24,000 nucleotides of DNA from Eubacterium callanderi. GTDB lineage: Bacteria > Bacillota > Clostridia > Eubacteriales > Eubacteriaceae. The DNA lies in contig NZ_FRBP01000008.1 of the NCBI RefSeq assembly GCF_900142645.1, forward strand, positions 6,743 to 30,742, written 5' to 3'. Position 1 is the stretch's first letter; each line of letters starts with the position of its first letter. Below the pieces are notes generated by a model that had not been told where the DNA came from, did no database searches, and saw nothing but the letters and a program-made list of their open reading frames with translations. Made by a program: the position numbers and the translations under genes. This document shows positions 22,759 through 24,000 of the stretch, piece by piece.

Positions 22759-23580
22759 ATGAAGCGGATTCTATCGAATATGGCCATCACTTTAATGTTC
22801 ATCATCGGAGCTTGCTTTTTGGCGTACCCGATCATTGCGAATCTGCTGTCAAATCGGCAGCATGGGGAAGTGATTCAGGATTATCAAATCACGGTGGAGC
22901 AGATGAACGCTTCCGTCATGGCCGAAGAAAAAGAAAAAGCCCTGGCTTACAACCAGGGCTTAAATGGTATGGTCGCACATGACCCGTTTATCGAAGGCAG
23001 CGGCTATGTCCTTCCCGAAAACTATCTGGGCTGCTTAAATGTGGATGGGATCATGGGAACGCTTGTCATTGACAAAATTAAGATCAATCTGCCGATTTAT
23101 CATGGTACACGTGACGAGGTGCTGCGACAAGGTGTTGGGCATATCAAAGAAACCGCATTGCCCATCGGCGGGGAGGGCAGCCACGCTGTCCTCACAAGCC
23201 ATAGTGGACTTAACGAGGCAAAGCTTTTTACCGAGTTGGATCAGCTCACCAAGGGAGATACTTTTGAGATCCATGTGCTGGATGAAATTTTGACATACAA
23301 GGTGGATCAGATCAAAGTGGTTGAACCCAATCAAACGGACGAATTAAAGGCTGTACCGGGCAAGGATTATGTAACACTGCTGACCTGTACCCCCATTGGT
23401 GTCAACAGCCACCGGCTTTTAGTCAGAGGGGAACGGATTTTTCCAGAGCCGCAGGCAGAAGAAATCAAAGAAACGGTTAACCGCAGCTATGTTATCTTAG
23501 CGGCGGCGACGGTTGTACTGGTTCCGATTGTCCTTTTAAGTATTAATTGGGCTATTAATAGAAATGGTTCAATGAGGTGA
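22759..23580 (+). CDS. srtC: class C (pilin-polymerising) sortase, 273 aa
   Basis: SD AAAGGAG. N-terminal TM. DPF lid-type motif (AHDPFIEG). HAVLTSHSGL His region. TLLTCTP catalytic Cys (codon 23386-23388). LLVRGERI Arg. C-terminal TM. Lies immediately downstream of the pilin genes. Confidence 0.9.
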   Translation: MKRILSNMAITLMFIIGACFLAYPIIANLLSNRQHGEVIQDYQITVEQMNASVMAEEKEKALAYNQGLNGMVAHDPFIEGSGYVLPENYLGCLNVDGIMGTLVIDKIKINLPIYHGTRDEVLRQGVGHIKETALPIGGEGSHAVLTSHSGLNEAKLFTELDQLTKGDTFEIHVLDEILTYKVDQIKVVEPNQTDELKAVPGKDYVTLLTCTPIGVNSHRLLVRGERIFPEPQAEEIKETVNRSYVILAAATVVLVPIVLLSINWAINRNGSMR

Positions 23581-23616
23581 GGTTCAATAAAAATTATAAT
23601 GATATTGGAGAAAAAA

Positions 23617-23868
23617 ATGAAAAGCTATATTGCAAAATGTGTAAATGATACAGGAAAAACTTCCTATAAGGAATTTTTTCAAACTGGATATTGGGATAAA
23701 AGTGTACGTCCCTACATCCAACTTACTCAGGAAGAAATGGATCAGGATTTTGTAAACTGCATTATAGGTGCATTGAAAGATTTAAAACAAGAGGTATTGT
23801 GGATACTTGAATTGAACGATGATACAGTAGTTTATAGTATGAATGAAAATCAGGCTCAAGTAAGCTGA
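23617..23868 (+). CDS. small hypothetical protein (83 aa)
   Basis: ATG 23617 preferred over 23599 (ttGGAGaaaaaaATG). AT-rich, unlike the pilus genes. No motif recognised. Confidence 0.4.
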   Translation: MKSYIAKCVNDTGKTSYKEFFQTGYWDKSVRPYIQLTQEEMDQDFVNCIIGALKDLKQEVLWILELNDDTVVYSMNENQAQVS

Positions 23869-23939
23869 CTGGCACGAGTCTAAATTTACTTGAGATACAG
23901 TTAGAATTTTGCCAAATTAGATAACGAAAATTAAGATAC

Positions 23940-23968
23940 TTTATATCAGCCCAAAAGTGTGTTATAAT
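23940..23968 (+). promoter_or_regulatory. extended -10 promoter candidate reading out of the window
   Basis: TTTATA (23940-23945), 17-nt spacer, TGtTATAAT (TG 23960-23961, TATAAT 23963-23968). The downstream transcript is cut off by the window edge. Confidence 0.35.
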
Positions 23969-24000
23969 ATAAAAAGAAACAGGGACACCGGGCACGGTAG

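Noticed and set aside
1-24000. Scan for CRISPR arrays, tRNA/rRNA genes, IS elements or transposases, integrases, toxin-antitoxin or known defence-system genes.
   Set aside because: I saw no regularly spaced identical repeats, cloverleaf-like sequences, transposase or recombinase motifs, or nuclease/ATPase defence signatures in any listed ORF or intergenic region.

Overview
This 24-kb window is a compositional mosaic from a low-GC Gram-positive genome. I infer Bacillota, probably Clostridia-like, from the AGGAGG-type Shine-Dalgarno sites, sortase substrates and PTS genes. Nearly all genes are on the + strand, in four blocks. (1) 1-2200 is AT-rich and looks like the tail of a conjugative-element module. 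It has a strongly acidic small protein, a coiled-coil protein, a Cys-rich small ORF and a DUF3991/Toprim primase-like protein, punctuated by two copies of a palindrome-containing intergenic module. (2) 2372-6295 is GC-richer and encodes a 1307-aa secreted surface protein: acidic linker, CAP/SCP domain, nine helical repeats of about 65-70 aa, and a GPNTG-type C-terminal anchor. (3) 6502-14019 is AT-rich and holds an sgc-like galactitol-family PTS island. A ketose-phosphate 3-epimerase is divergent; the + strand operon encodes a PRD/EIIB/EIIA regulator, EIIA, M42 peptidase homologue, EIIB, EIIC, BtpA/SgcQ and a HAD-IB phosphatase, ending in a strong terminator. (4) 14144-23580 starts with a small membrane protein, followed by a GC-rich adhesin/pilus island. 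That island has a 1341-aa thioester-type adhesin with eight Cna-B-type domains, a 629-nt spacer with two terminators and a 59-codon ORF, then a tip adhesin, a shaft pilin (YPKN, E-box, LPFTG) and a class C sortase. I saw no rRNA, tRNA, CRISPR array, transposase or recognisable defence genes. The observations most worth follow-up are: the two paralogous thioester adhesins around one sortase-C pilus operon; an LPPTG motif at the mature N-terminus of the large adhesin; four different sorting pentapeptides with only one sortase present; the orphan sgc-type PTS pathway; the repeated CCGGTCACGTGACCG module; and the sharp GC alternation. All family assignments come from motif recognition by eye. No searches were run.
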